A stretch of 64,000 bases of DNA, taken from assembly GCA_964241935.1 (NCBI GenBank), contig CAXSZN010000013.1, positions 5,133 through 69,132 of the forward strand. Reading direction: 5' to 3'. Position numbers and translations under genes: made by a program. This DNA comes from an uncultured Armatimonadales bacterium (lineage in GTDB: Bacteria; Armatimonadota; Armatimonadia; Armatimonadales; Capsulimonadaceae). The notes beneath the pieces were generated by a model. The model was not told the origin of the DNA, did no database searches, and saw only the letters and a list, made by a program, of their open reading frames with translations. Of the stretch, positions 18,806-28,402 are shown in pieces. Within the stretch, counting starts at the first letter, position 1. The number at the start of each line of letters is the position of its first letter.

Positions 18806-21058
18806 TCAGCGGTTTGCCAGAAAGCGGTCCGCAGTCCGCAGGCTGAGGGCCATGATTGTCAGCGCCGGATTGACGCTCAGGGCGCTGGGGAAAACCGAGT
18901 TGTCCACGATAAACAGGCCGGGGACATCGTGCGCCGCGCCGTCGGGACTGACAACCGACGCAGACGGGTCGTCTCCCATCCGGCAGGTGCCGATGATATG
19001 CGCGTAGCGCTCTAAAGCCCAGACTTCTTTGGCCCCGGCTTCCGCCCAAATCGCCCGCATGATCTTCTCGCCGTGCGCGGTCATGCGCTTTTCGTTCTCG
19101 CCCGCCGTGAAGTGGACGCGCGGCTTGGGCAGTCCGCGAACATCGGTCTCAGAAGAAAGTTCCATAAAGTTGTGGTCGTAGGGCAGGCAGTCGCCGCAGA
19201 TGTTGATGCCCGCGACATGGTTGTAGCCGCGCATGTGTTTGCGGAGCTTCTCGCCCCAGATCCCTTCGGCGCGGGCAAGCTGGCTGACATAGGTCGCCGG
19301 CATGACCCCAATGGATTGCAGCAGGTAGCCGCCCGCGAAGTCGGCGTCTTTAGGCCGGTGCGTGTCTTCCGAGATTAACGAGCCGGGAATGCCCTTGTAC
19401 GGGCGGATGTCGTCATCAAACTGGCCCCAAAGCTGGATGGCCGTATGGGCCATGAAGTTGCGCCCGACCTGGCCGCTGCTGTTCGCGAGATCGTTCATCA
19501 AAAGCAAACGCGGGCTTTCAATCGCGCCGCCGCACAAGAAGACGTTCCGGCAGGGCTGACGGTGCTCGCGGCCGTCCTGCGTATAAACAACGGCGGTCAC
19601 TGCGCCCGATTTATCCGTTTCGATCTGGGTGACAAAGCACTCAGGGCGCACTTCGGCCCCGTTCTGGAGCGCGATGGGGATAAACGTCACGTCCATGCTG
19701 GCTTTTGCGCCGACACTGCATCCCGCCTGGCAGAAGCCCCGGTTGGTACATGCCCGACGCCAGCCGATGCCCGGCTGGAAGTACGGCGCAGACAGCGCGG
19801 CGTTCGGCGCAGGCGACGTTTTGACGCCGAGCTTTCCACAAGCAGCTTCCATAAGCTGCGCTGCCCCGTTCAGCGGCAGCGGCGGCAGGGGATACGGCTG
19901 GCTGTGGGCGTCCCACGGGTACGGCGATGGGCCGGAGATGCCGAGAAACTGCTCCAGCTCGTTGTAGTACGGCTCCAAATCGGCGTAGCCGAACGGCCAG
20001 TCCACGCCGACCCCGAACTCCGAGTGCAGCCGGAAATCGCCGCCGTGGGCGCGGGGCGTGTAGGCCGTGTAATGCAGGGTCGAGCCGCCGACCCCGATGC
20101 CGGAATTGTTCGCGCCGAACCCGATCGGGTTGCCGCCTGCGCTCAGGCGCTCGTCGTTCCAGAACAGCTTTTCTTGTTCCCGCTCATCGGTGGCAAAGTC
20201 GCGGGCCGGGTCCCAGAACTTGCCGGCATCGAGTGCCACAACGCTCAGGCCCGCCGACGCCAGCCGGGCCATCAGCGGCGCACCGCCCGCGCCGGTGCCG
20301 ATAATGACAGCGTCTACGGCGTCAGCCACGGGGTAGGTCTTGCCGGCACGCGGCGGCGCTGGGACTGTCGCCGTGACGGGTTCCGGCGCGGCCATCGTCA
20401 GCGTGACCGCTTCCGGCCTCAGCGGCTCAGACTGGTCCGGCTTCGGCTCCCATGCTTCCAGATCATTTTTCAGTGTCCGTGACCAGCCCTGCCCGTCGGC
20501 CATGCCGGCATAGCCGATTTCTTCCTGGGCCAGCGGATGACAGTAATAACAGCCCACCGCTTCCGCCAGCAGGTCTTCAAAGTACAGAGGGCCGGGCAGC
20601 GCCTGCCAAATCTCGCCCGGCGCCTGCCCTGCCTGCACGGCGGTCAAGACCGCGTCCTGCCGGTCCGCCGTCAGACTGGCGAACTCGGCTTGATACTGAA
20701 CCAGCGCCGATTGGTCCAGCCCTTGTAACCCAAGACGAGCCGCATCGGTGTCCGGCGGCAGGGCATCATAGCGCCAGCCGTCGCTTTTGCCGCCGGCCAG
20801 CCGTTTGTCAATCGCCATCGCCATCTCGCGGGCGGAGGGATGCGCCGGCCCCGCCAGCAGCCGGTCCAGTGCGGAAGTCAGCGTGTAGAAGTCATGGTCG
20901 GAAAAAAAGCGCGGCACTGCGTCAGCCGTTAGTGGCTCTAAACGCGCGTTCAGCACGGCGCGGGTGGCGGGAGTCACGAAATTGGTGTTTAGAAGTGCAC
21001 GGACAGTGCCGGAGGGGTATGTGTCGGCCAGTGTGTCGGTAGGGTTGTCGAGTGACAA
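18806..21058 (-). CDS. fusion of a gluconate 2-dehydrogenase subunit-3-like domain with a GMC family FAD oxidoreductase
   Basis: The N-terminal ~230 aa (FFSDHDFYTLTSALDRLL.., GWRYD.., FEDLLAEAVGCYYCHP) resemble the small gamma subunit. They are followed by DAVIIGTGAGGAPLMARLASAG and a GMC-type C-terminus. Confidence 0.75.
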   Translation of the reverse strand: MSLDNPTDTLADTYPSGTVRALLNTNFVTPATRAVLNARLEPLTADAVPRFFSDHDFYTLTSALDRLLAGPAHPSAREMAMAIDKRLAGGKSDGWRYDALPPDTDAARLGLQGLDQSALVQYQAEFASLTADRQDAVLTAVQAGQAPGEIWQALPGPLYFEDLLAEAVGCYYCHPLAQEEIGYAGMADGQGWSRTLKNDLEAWEPKPDQSEPLRPEAVTLTMAAPEPVTATVPAPPRAGKTYPVADAVDAVIIGTGAGGAPLMARLASAGLSVVALDAGKFWDPARDFATDEREQEKLFWNDERLSAGGNPIGFGANNSGIGVGGSTLHYTAYTPRAHGGDFRLHSEFGVGVDWPFGYADLEPYYNELEQFLGISGPSPYPWDAHSQPYPLPPLPLNGAAQLMEAACGKLGVKTSPAPNAALSAPYFQPGIGWRRACTNRGFCQAGCSVGAKASMDVTFIPIALQNGAEVRPECFVTQIETDKSGAVTAVVYTQDGREHRQPCRNVFLCGGAIESPRLLLMNDLANSSGQVGRNFMAHTAIQLWGQFDDDIRPYKGIPGSLISEDTHRPKDADFAGGYLLQSIGVMPATYVSQLARAEGIWGEKLRKHMRGYNHVAGINICGDCLPYDHNFMELSSETDVRGLPKPRVHFTAGENEKRMTAHGEKIMRAIWAEAGAKEVWALERYAHIIGTCRMGDDPSASVVSPDGAAHDVPGLFIVDNSVFPSALSVNPALTIMALSLRTADRFLANR

Positions 21059-21111
21059 GAAAGACTCTTTTCTAGTTGAGGGAGATGCAAGTGCAAGATG
21101 GGTGAGATGGA

Positions 21112-21225
21112 CGAGTAGTTGAAAACTACTCGCTAGGAAAAGTACCCTCCGGGTAGAAGAAAAGCTACGGTAGCACTCTTTCGTCCGCAGGACGCCTCCT
21201 CTAGCGCGTAGTTTTCAACTACTCG
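21112..21225. repeat. palindromic MITE/REP-like element, family B copy 1
   Basis: Arms CGAGTAGTTGAAAACTACTCGCTAGG / C(T)AGCGCGTAGTTTTCAACTACTCG. Each arm is a hairpin, and the core contains CGTCCGCAGGACG. Confidence 0.85.
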
Positions 21226-21242
21226 CACTTCCCTGCACTTCC

Positions 21243-23042
21243 TTATAAGCTGCCGCGTTTCGCTTCCAGCTCTTCCCAGCGGGCGTACAGTGCCAAGACT
21301 TGGTCACGGGCTTGCGGCAGGGCATTCCAGACTTCCTGCAAGCGCACGGCGTTTGACGCCACTGCCGGGTCTGCAAGCTGCCGCTCCAGCGCCGAAACCG
21401 CTTCTTCAGCGGCTTCAATTCTAGCGTCCATCTGGCCCAGCTCGCGCCGCTCCGATGTGGAAAGCCGGTTTGGCGCGGGCGCGGCAGCTTTTGGACGCAC
21501 GGCAGCGACAGGAGCAGCAGCCGGAAGCGGCTTCTGCGCGGCTTCCCACTGGGCCAGCCCCGTAAAGTGCGCCGTGCCTCCGAGTCCATCCAGCGCCAGC
21601 AGATCCGTTGAAACCCGGTCCAGCAGGTAGCGGTCATGGGTCACCAGGACTAAAGCGCCGGGGAACGACAGCAGGCTGTCTTCTAAAACTTCCAGCGTCG
21701 GAATATCTAAATCGTTGGTCGGCTCATCCAAAATCAGCACATCGGCAGGCTGAAGCATAAGATTGGCGATGAGTATCCGGGCCTGCTCGCCGCCGGACAG
21801 CACCCGAATGGGCGTGTTCAATTGATCGGTCTTGAACAAGAACCGCTTGGCCCAGCCGGAAACGTGCATTGGGTTCCCGCGGTACGTCACCGTGTCGCTG
21901 TTCGGACTCAAAGCATCGCGCAGGGACAGCGTCTTATCAAGCTGCTGCCGAGCCTGGTCAAACAGCACGACCCGCAAGCCTTCAGCCCGCTTGAGCGTCC
22001 CGCTGTCCGGACTAATCTCGCCGGTCAGCAGCTTAATCAAAGTCGTCTTGCCGCTGCCGTTTGGCCCAATCAGTCCTAAACGAGTGCCTGGTGCAAGCGT
22101 TACGTCTAAGCTTGAAAACAGCGTCCGTCCGCCCAGCGTCTTTGACAAGTCTTTGGCGACAATAAGATCGCGCGTCTGCCGGCCTGACGCCGTAAAATCT
22201 ACCCCGGCGGTCTTTCCCTGAGAGTTACGGAACTTCAGCTCGGCGAGTTCCTCAATCATCTGCCCGGCCTGCTGAATGCGTCCCTGCGCTTTGGTGGATC
22301 GCGCCTGCGCCCCGCGCTGCAGCCATTCGATTTCCCGCTTGACCTGGGTTTGAAGTGCGTCTTCCCGGTGCGCCTGCGCCGCCAAGTATCCTTCGCGCTG
22401 AACCAAAAAGTCGCTGTAAGCGCCGTTGACGCTGAGATAGCCTTCGGCATAGGCCGGATGCAGCTCGACCACACGGTTCGTGACATTCTCCAAGAACACC
22501 CGGTCATGGCTGATTAAAACAAACGCAAACTGCGCGTCCTGGAGCAGCCCTTCCAGCCACAAAACGCCTTCTAAATCCAAATGGTTCGTCGGCTCGTCTA
22601 TGAACAAAAGCTCGGCATCCTGCACGAGTGCGCGGGCCAAAGACAGCCGCTTTTTCCAGCCGCCCGACAGTGTTTCGACAGCTTGATCGCGCCGCTCAAA
22701 CCCGACTTTGCCCAGCGCCACTTCGATGCGAACATCCCGCTCAATCTCGTCTAAATGCTCTCCGTTCAGCGCCTCCATCAGCACGGTTTCCACCGTCGCG
22801 CCCGGCGGGAAGCTGTCTTCTTGTGCGATGTACGCCGTCCGCAGGCCGCGCCGCGCCGACACCGTGCCGCTGTCCGGCTTTTCGAGGCCCGCGAAGATCC
22901 GCAGCAGGGTAGATTTGCCTGCCCCGTTCGGCCCAATCAGCCCCATTTTCTCGTCGTCGCCCACGCCGAGCGAGATGTCCTTGAAAAGAGGCCGCGCCCC
23001 GTAAGATTTTGTCAGCGCCGCGCAGCTTAGTAAAACAGCCAT
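21243..23042 (-). CDS. ABC-F family ATPase (Uup-like)
   Basis: Two ABC cassettes (GPNGAGKSTLL/LSGGWKKRLSLA and GPNGSGKTTLI/LSGGEQARILIA) with no TM domain and a C-terminal coiled-coil-like tail. Start chosen at MAVLLSC, because the longer ORF runs through the tRNA. Confidence 0.85.
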   Translation of the reverse strand: MAVLLSCAALTKSYGARPLFKDISLGVGDDEKMGLIGPNGAGKSTLLRIFAGLEKPDSGTVSARRGLRTAYIAQEDSFPPGATVETVLMEALNGEHLDEIERDVRIEVALGKVGFERRDQAVETLSGGWKKRLSLARALVQDAELLFIDEPTNHLDLEGVLWLEGLLQDAQFAFVLISHDRVFLENVTNRVVELHPAYAEGYLSVNGAYSDFLVQREGYLAAQAHREDALQTQVKREIEWLQRGAQARSTKAQGRIQQAGQMIEELAELKFRNSQGKTAGVDFTASGRQTRDLIVAKDLSKTLGGRTLFSSLDVTLAPGTRLGLIGPNGSGKTTLIKLLTGEISPDSGTLKRAEGLRVVLFDQARQQLDKTLSLRDALSPNSDTVTYRGNPMHVSGWAKRFLFKTDQLNTPIRVLSGGEQARILIANLMLQPADVLILDEPTNDLDIPTLEVLEDSLLSFPGALVLVTHDRYLLDRVSTDLLALDGLGGTAHFTGLAQWEAAQKPLPAAAPVAAVRPKAAAPAPNRLSTSERRELGQMDARIEAAEEAVSALERQLADPAVASNAVRLQEVWNALPQARDQVLALYARWEELEAKRGSL

Positions 23043-23127
23043 AAAATCATTATAGAGAGGCAAAGAAAAGCGACCTGCGCCAATGCCGGCAAGGTCGCAA
23101 AACACGCAATTATGAAACGAAATCAGA

Positions 23128-23200
23128 TGCACCCGGAGCGATTTGAACGCCCGACCGATCGCTCCGAAGGCGATTGCTCTATCCACTGAGCTACGAGTGC
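23128..23200 (-). tRNA. tRNA-Arg (anticodon UCG)
   Basis: Hand-folded cloverleaf: acceptor GCACTCG/CGGGTGC, D arm GCTC-AGTGGATA-GAGC, anticodon stem ATCGC/GCGAT with loop CTTCGGA, and T arm GGGCG-TTCAAAT-CGCTC. Confidence 0.85.
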
Positions 23201-23320
23201 AACAGGGAAAGTGTACCCGCTGGGACATCAGAAGTCAAGGCAGAGCGCGGGTTTCAGACGGGCAGCATTCAGGTACAAACGGGAGGTCTAAAACTACTTT
23301 TCTCTTGAAAGAAGCTGTAT

Positions 23321-24376
23321 ATGATCAAAGCGACCGGATACGCGACGGCGGACGCACAGACGCCGCTGACTTCGTTTGATTTTGAGCGCCGGGAACCCGG
23401 CCCGAAAGATGTCCAGATTGACATTCTTTACTGCGGCGTCTGCCACTCCGACTTGCACCAAGTCCGCAATGAATGGGGCAACACAATTTACCCGTGTCTG
23501 CCGGGCCATGAGATTATCGGGCGCGTTTCTCAGATCGGCCCGGAAGTCACCAAATACAAAGTCGGGGATACCGTGGGCGTCGGCTGCATGGTGGATTCCT
23601 GCCAGCAGTGCGAGGCGTGCCGGCAGGGCCTGGAGCAGTACTGCGAAGGCCCGAACAGCTTCACGGCCACCTACAACGGCCCCTTTAAGCCCGACGGCTC
23701 CAATACCTTCGGCGGCTATTCCGATACCATTGTCGTGTTTGAGGATTTCGTGCTGCGGATTCCGGAATCCCTGGAACTCCAAAGCGCCGCGCCGCTGCTC
23801 TGCGCCGGGGTGACCACTTATTCGCCGCTGCGCCACTGGAAAATCGGGCCGGGCGAGAAAGTCGGCATTGTCGGCATCGGCGGCCTGGGCCATATGGCAA
23901 TCCAGCTTGCCAGCGCGATGGGCGCGGAAGTGACGGCGTTCACCACGTCACCGAGCAAGGAAGCGGATGCAAAACGCCTGGGCGCAAGCCATGTTGTGCT
24001 GTCCACCGACAAGGACGCCATGAGCAAGTACGAGTCAAAGCTCGACTACGTTCTTTTAACGATCCCGGACCCGGTTGACGTCAATCCTTATGTTCAGCTT
24101 TTGAAGCGGGATGGAACTTTGACCATTGTCGGCGTTCTCGCTCCGCTGGAACCGGGAGTGAACAACAACTACATGGCGATGGGCCGCCGCTCAGTGGCAG
24201 GCTCTTTGATTGGCGGCATCCCGGAAACTCAGGAAGTGCTGGACTTTTGCGCCAAGCACAGCATCACGTCAGACGTAGAAGTGATTCCGATCCAGGACAT
24301 CAACACCGCTTATGAGCGCATGAAAAAAGGCGATGTGAAATATCGGTTCGTGATTGACATGGCATCGGTGAAGTAA
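23321..24376 (+). CDS. Zn-dependent NAD(P) alcohol dehydrogenase (YahK/cinnamyl-ADH-like)
   Basis: GVCHSDLH, GHEIIGRV, a CxxCxxC structural-zinc region and a GIGGLGH Rossmann motif. Confidence 0.85.
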   Translation: MIKATGYATADAQTPLTSFDFERREPGPKDVQIDILYCGVCHSDLHQVRNEWGNTIYPCLPGHEIIGRVSQIGPEVTKYKVGDTVGVGCMVDSCQQCEACRQGLEQYCEGPNSFTATYNGPFKPDGSNTFGGYSDTIVVFEDFVLRIPESLELQSAAPLLCAGVTTYSPLRHWKIGPGEKVGIVGIGGLGHMAIQLASAMGAEVTAFTTSPSKEADAKRLGASHVVLSTDKDAMSKYESKLDYVLLTIPDPVDVNPYVQLLKRDGTLTIVGVLAPLEPGVNNNYMAMGRRSVAGSLIGGIPETQEVLDFCAKHSITSDVEVIPIQDINTAYERMKKGDVKYRFVIDMASVK

Positions 24377-24380
24377 GAAG

Positions 24381-24474
24381 CCCCCCAGCCCCCAATCATG
24401 GGGGAGCATGATTAAGATGCGAATGCCGCTTGTGTCGTCTCTATATTGCTCCCCCATGATTGGGGGCTGGGGGG
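24381..24474. repeat. palindromic element, family A copy 2
   Basis: CCCCCCAGCCCCCAATCATGGGGGAGC / GCTCCCCCATGATTGGGGGCTGGGGGG. Confidence 0.85.
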
Positions 24475-24478
24475 CTTC

Positions 24479-26050
24479 CTACTTCGCCCTTAACAATCCG
24501 TACTCGATGCTGTCTACGACCGCGTGCCAGGAGGCGTCAATGATGTTGGTGGAAACGCCGATGGTAGACCAGGTTTCTTCGGCATCGGCGCTGTCCACCA
24601 CGGTGCGAACTTTGGCCGCCGTGCCTTCTTTGACATTGACAACACGCACTTTGAAGTCGGTTAATCTGATCTCGGCAAGCTCCGGGTAATGCGGCATCAG
24701 CGCGAGGCGCAGGGCGCTATCCAGAGCATTGACCGGACCGTCGCCTTCCGCCACAGTCAGCATTTCCTGGCCGCCGACCCGCAGCTTCAGCGTCGCTTCC
24801 GTGATTGGCTCGTTGTCGTAGGAGCGTTTCTCGACAATGACCCGGTAGCCGATGAGGTCAAACAGCCGCCGGTAGCTGCCCGTGGCTTTTTTCACCAACA
24901 GCTCAAATGACGCTTCCGCGCCTTCAAACGAATAGCCTTGATGCTCCAGCGCCGTGACCTGCATCAAGATTTCTTTGGTTTCCGGGCTGTCCTTTCGCAG
25001 ATCCAAGCCCCGCTTCTGAGCCTTTTCCAGAATGGTGGACGCGCCCGAAAGCTCGGAAATTAAGATGCGGTTCTCGTTGCCGACCAGCGCCGGGTTCAGG
25101 TGGATATACGTCTCCGGGTTCTTCCGCATGGCGTCCACATGCAGCCCGCCTTTGTGGGCGAACGCCGAGCGCCCGACATACGCCGCCGACGCTTTCGGCG
25201 GGATATTGGCGATCTCGTCCAAATAATTCGACAGCTCCGACAGCTCCGTTAAGTGTACCGCACAGTTTAACTCATACCCCAGCTTCAGCGCAAGCGACGG
25301 CATGATACTAGTCAAATTGGCGTTGCCGGTGCGCTCCCCCAGCCCATTGATCGTCCCCTGCACCTGCCGGCAGCCGCTTTGGATACCGACCAGGCTGTTC
25401 GCGACCCCGCACTCGGTATCGTTGTGCGTGTGGATAGCAAACTTGCCTTTTGAAAATCTTTTTACGACTTCGCCGACAATCACTTCAATTTCACTCGGCA
25501 GTGTCCCGCCGTTGGTGTCGCACAGCGCAACGCAGTCCACGCCCACCGAGAGCGCCGCGTCTAAGCATTGTGCTGCATACTCACGGCTGCGCTTCCAGCC
25601 GTCAAAGAAATGCTCGGCGTCATAAATGACTTCCTTGCCGTGTGCTTTGTAGAACGTCACCGTGTCGGCAATCATCGCCAAGTTTTCTTCCAGCGGCAGG
25701 CGCAGGGCTTCGATGACATGAAAATCCCAGGCTTTCCCCACAAACGTCACCACGGGCGTTCCGGCGTCCAGAAGCTGCTGCAAGTTCGGATCGTCTTCGG
25801 CGCGACGGTGAGGCCGCCGGGTCGAGCCGAACGCGGCAAGCTTGGCGTGGTTAAGCTTCACGGCCTTCATGCGCTCAAAAAACTCAATGTCTTTCGGGTT
25901 CGATCCCGGCCAGCCGCCTTCAATATAGTCAATGCCAAAGGCGTCCAGACGCTTGGCGATGCGGATTTTGTCTTCCACGCTGAAAGAAATCCCCTCGCCC
26001 TGCGAGCCGTCCCGCAGCGTCGTATCATAAATGTCAATTCGTGTGTTCAT
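24479..26050 (-). CDS. cimA: citramalate synthase / LeuA-related (R)-citramalate synthase
   Basis: IYDTTLRDGSQGEGISFS, a HMGL-like barrel, and a C-terminal LeuA-dimer-type regulatory domain. It is the last gene of the ilv-leu block. Confidence 0.75.
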   Translation of the reverse strand: MNTRIDIYDTTLRDGSQGEGISFSVEDKIRIAKRLDAFGIDYIEGGWPGSNPKDIEFFERMKAVKLNHAKLAAFGSTRRPHRRAEDDPNLQQLLDAGTPVVTFVGKAWDFHVIEALRLPLEENLAMIADTVTFYKAHGKEVIYDAEHFFDGWKRSREYAAQCLDAALSVGVDCVALCDTNGGTLPSEIEVIVGEVVKRFSKGKFAIHTHNDTECGVANSLVGIQSGCRQVQGTINGLGERTGNANLTSIMPSLALKLGYELNCAVHLTELSELSNYLDEIANIPPKASAAYVGRSAFAHKGGLHVDAMRKNPETYIHLNPALVGNENRILISELSGASTILEKAQKRGLDLRKDSPETKEILMQVTALEHQGYSFEGAEASFELLVKKATGSYRRLFDLIGYRVIVEKRSYDNEPITEATLKLRVGGQEMLTVAEGDGPVNALDSALRLALMPHYPELAEIRLTDFKVRVVNVKEGTAAKVRTVVDSADAEETWSTIGVSTNIIDASWHAVVDSIEYGLLRAK

Positions 26051-26054
26051 AGTT

Positions 26055-26462
26055 TTAGAGATCGAAGTCTAAAGGATACTTGTTTGGCAGATATGAACGA
26101 AGTTCAGAAAGGTCGCTTGCCCATCGTAAAACAAGACTAGCCAGCTCATCTTCGGAAGCTACATGAAATCGCTCGTTTATAGTCGGCTTGAGATCATCAA
26201 TAGCTTCGCTGTACCAGAGATCAATTTTCTCTGTTTCAATCTCGATGTGGTTTACTTTGAAGCCAGCAAGTATGTTCTCTTCGACATATACTCGACGCGA
26301 AGTTTGACTGACTTCGTCCCACTCCACAAGTTCCGGGTCAACCTGTGGCCTGATAACAACAAGCGCCGTGTGTTCCGGGAGCGCTGGAGTCACCTCGGCA
26401 GTCACTTCACCTGCCAACCTGAGCTGGTTAAGAATTTTGAGCGGGAACATAGGCTGGTCCAT
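26055..26462 (-). CDS. hypothetical protein, AT-richer orphan inserted between leuB and cimA
   Basis: About 135 aa (MDQPMFPLKILNQL..). The stop is 4 nt before the cimA start. Composition is visibly AT-richer than the neighbours, and I recognised no domain. Confidence 0.55.
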   Translation of the reverse strand: MDQPMFPLKILNQLRLAGEVTAEVTPALPEHTALVVIRPQVDPELVEWDEVSQTSRRVYVEENILAGFKVNHIEIETEKIDLWYSEAIDDLKPTINERFHVASEDELASLVLRWASDLSELRSYLPNKYPLDFDL

Positions 26463-26471
26463 TACAGGAGT

Positions 26472-26565
26472 CCCCCTAGCCCCCAATAATGGGGGAACCG
26501 GATTAAGGTGCGAACGCTGCTTGTGTCATCTCTGTATTGCTCCCCCATGATTGGGGGCTGGGGGG
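26472..26565. repeat. palindromic element, family A copy 3
   Basis: CCCCCTAGCCCCCAATAATGGGGGAAC / GCTCCCCCATGATTGGGGGCTGGGGGG. The internal segment is about 80 percent like copy 2. Confidence 0.85.
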
Positions 26566-26575
26566 CTAAAACTTC

Positions 26576-27685
26576 CTAATCCCGTGGGTCGGTGCCCATT
26601 TTGACTGCGGCGGCAACCAAATCACCCATTTGGCGGCAGTTGACGTGGACGATGTTGGGGGACTCGGCGTAGATGTCGGCGGTGCGGTAGCCGGACTGCA
26701 AGATATGGGCGACGGCGTCTTCAATGCCTTTGGCGGCGTCTTCCGCGCCGAGCGAGTAGCGCAGGAGCAGGGCGCCGGACAAAATGGTCGCCAGCGGGTT
26801 CGCTTTGCCCGTGCCGGCGATGTCCGGGGCGCTGCCGTGGCTCGGCTCGTACAGGCCGAACGTGCCATGTTCGGTCTTCTTTGCGCCGAGCGACGCCGAC
26901 GGCAGCATTCCAAGCGAGCCGGTCAATTGGGCGGCTTCGTCGCTGAGAATGTCGCCGAACAGGTTTTCGGTGACAATCGTGTCAAATGACTGCGGGCGGC
27001 GGACCAAGTCCATTGCAGTCGCGTCAACAAGCTGATGCGACAGCTCGATGTGCGGGTACTCGGCGGCAAGCTGCGTCACGGTTTCGCGCCACAAGCGGGA
27101 CGTTTCCAGGACGTTTGCTTTGTCCACACTGAGCAGCTTGCGCCCGCGCTTTTCCGCCGCTTCAAAGCCGACACGGGCGATGCGCGTGATTTCGTCACGG
27201 GTGTAAACGCAGGTATCCACGGCCCGGTCGCCTTCCCAAAGCTTGGGCTGCCCGAAGTAGAGGCCGCCGGTCAGCTCGCGGACCACTAAGATGTCAAAGC
27301 CGCCTTCCACTAAATCCGGCCGCAGGGGGCAGGCGGCGGCAAGCGACGCATACAGGACGCACGGGCGCAGATTGGCGTACAATTCTAGCTTCTGGCGCAG
27401 AGGCAGCAGCGCCCCGCGCTCCGGGCGCAGGTTGGGGTCCGGGATGGCGTCGTACTGCGGGCCGCCGACCGCGCCGAAGTAGATGGCATCCGAGGCTTCC
27501 GCCAGCGCCAGGGTGTCCGGCGGCAGGGGATGGCCTGTCGCGTCATACGCCGCCCCGCCGACCAGCGCTTCGGTTACTTCCAGGGTCAGGTCGTATTTTC
27601 CCGCCGCTGCGTGCAGGACTTTCAGACCCTCCGCCATGATTTCCGGTCCGATGCCGTCGCCGGCCATGACTGCAATTTTTGCCAT
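26576..27685 (-). CDS. leuB: 3-isopropylmalate dehydrogenase
   Basis: [16 protein letters not shown].., [25 protein letters not shown]. Confidence 0.9.
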   Translation of the reverse strand: MAKIAVMAGDGIGPEIMAEGLKVLHAAAGKYDLTLEVTEALVGGAAYDATGHPLPPDTLALAEASDAIYFGAVGGPQYDAIPDPNLRPERGALLPLRQKLELYANLRPCVLYASLAAACPLRPDLVEGGFDILVVRELTGGLYFGQPKLWEGDRAVDTCVYTRDEITRIARVGFEAAEKRGRKLLSVDKANVLETSRLWRETVTQLAAEYPHIELSHQLVDATAMDLVRRPQSFDTIVTENLFGDILSDEAAQLTGSLGMLPSASLGAKKTEHGTFGLYEPSHGSAPDIAGTGKANPLATILSGALLLRYSLGAEDAAKGIEDAVAHILQSGYRTADIYAESPNIVHVNCRQMGDLVAAAVKMGTDPRD

Positions 27686-27720
27686 AATTTGTTTTCCAAT
27701 AATTGAGAAGCCTAACAGGA

Positions 27721-27787
27721 GGCGAACACAAGGTTCGCCCCTACGAGGCAGGTTGGATGATGTAGGGCGCGAACCTCGTGTTCGCCC
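27721..27787. repeat. palindromic element, family C copy 1
   Basis: GGCGAACACAAGGTTCGCCCCTAC ... GTAGGGCGCGAACCTCGTGTTCGCCC. Each arm is a GGCGAAC/GTTCGCC hairpin. Confidence 0.8.
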
Positions 27788-27795
27788 TCTGTACT

Positions 27796-28263
27796 CTATT
27801 CACTCCTCAGCGTCCGCAGAAAGTCGCTGTACCCCATTTTGCGCCAGAATGCCTGCGACGCCGGGTTGGCCCGGACGACCTGCACTTCTACTGCCGTGAT
27901 GCCGCGCGAGACAAACCAGGCTCGCAGGCGGCTGTGAAGCTGGCGCCCCGTGCCCTGCCGCCGCCAGCCGTCCTTGACACAGACATCGGCGATGTAGCCG
28001 CAGTCGCCGGACGAAAGCGTCGGCCGCTGCATGATCTGCCCGAACGTGTAGCCGACCACGCTTTGCTCGTAGGCGGCGACATAAATCGCCATGTTCGGGT
28101 TCTCCAGGTTATCCCGCAGATAGCCGAGAAACCAGTCCGCCGCCTGGGCGTTCAGCGTGAGGCGCGGGTCGTAGGCAGCGTTGATGTCCTGCAAGTCCCG
28201 CCAAAGCGTGATGATGGTCGGCAGGTCCAGCATTTCGGCGGGGCGGATGATGATGTCAGGCAT
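27796..28263 (-). CDS. GNAT family N-acetyltransferase
   Basis: 155 aa with the acetyl-CoA motif [16 protein letters not shown]. Confidence 0.8.
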   Translation of the reverse strand: MPDIIIRPAEMLDLPTIITLWRDLQDINAAYDPRLTLNAQAADWFLGYLRDNLENPNMAIYVAAYEQSVVGYTFGQIMQRPTLSSGDCGYIADVCVKDGWRRQGTGRQLHSRLRAWFVSRGITAVEVQVVRANPASQAFWRKMGYSDFLRTLRSE

Positions 28264-28278
28264 AGAGTTTTAGAAGCA

Positions 28279-28385
28279 CGAGTAGTTGAAAACTGCTCGC
28301 TAGGTTAAGCGTCCTGCGGACGATAAGAACGGTCCTCTGATACCCGACAGGGTACTTCTCCCAGCGAGTAGTTTTCAACTACTCG
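28279..28385. repeat. palindromic element, family B copy 2
   Basis: CGAGTAGTTGAAAACTGCTCGCTAGG ... CCAGCGAGTAGTTTTCAACTACTCG, with the core CGTCCTGCGGACG. Confidence 0.85.
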
Positions 28386-28402
28386 TCTTAATTCGCCCCT
28401 TC

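Noticed and set aside
21243-23228. 661-aa version of the ABC-F gene
   Set aside because: The upstream 62 codons run through the tRNA-Arg gene (23128-23200). The conserved ABC-F N-terminus begins at MAVLLSC (23042).
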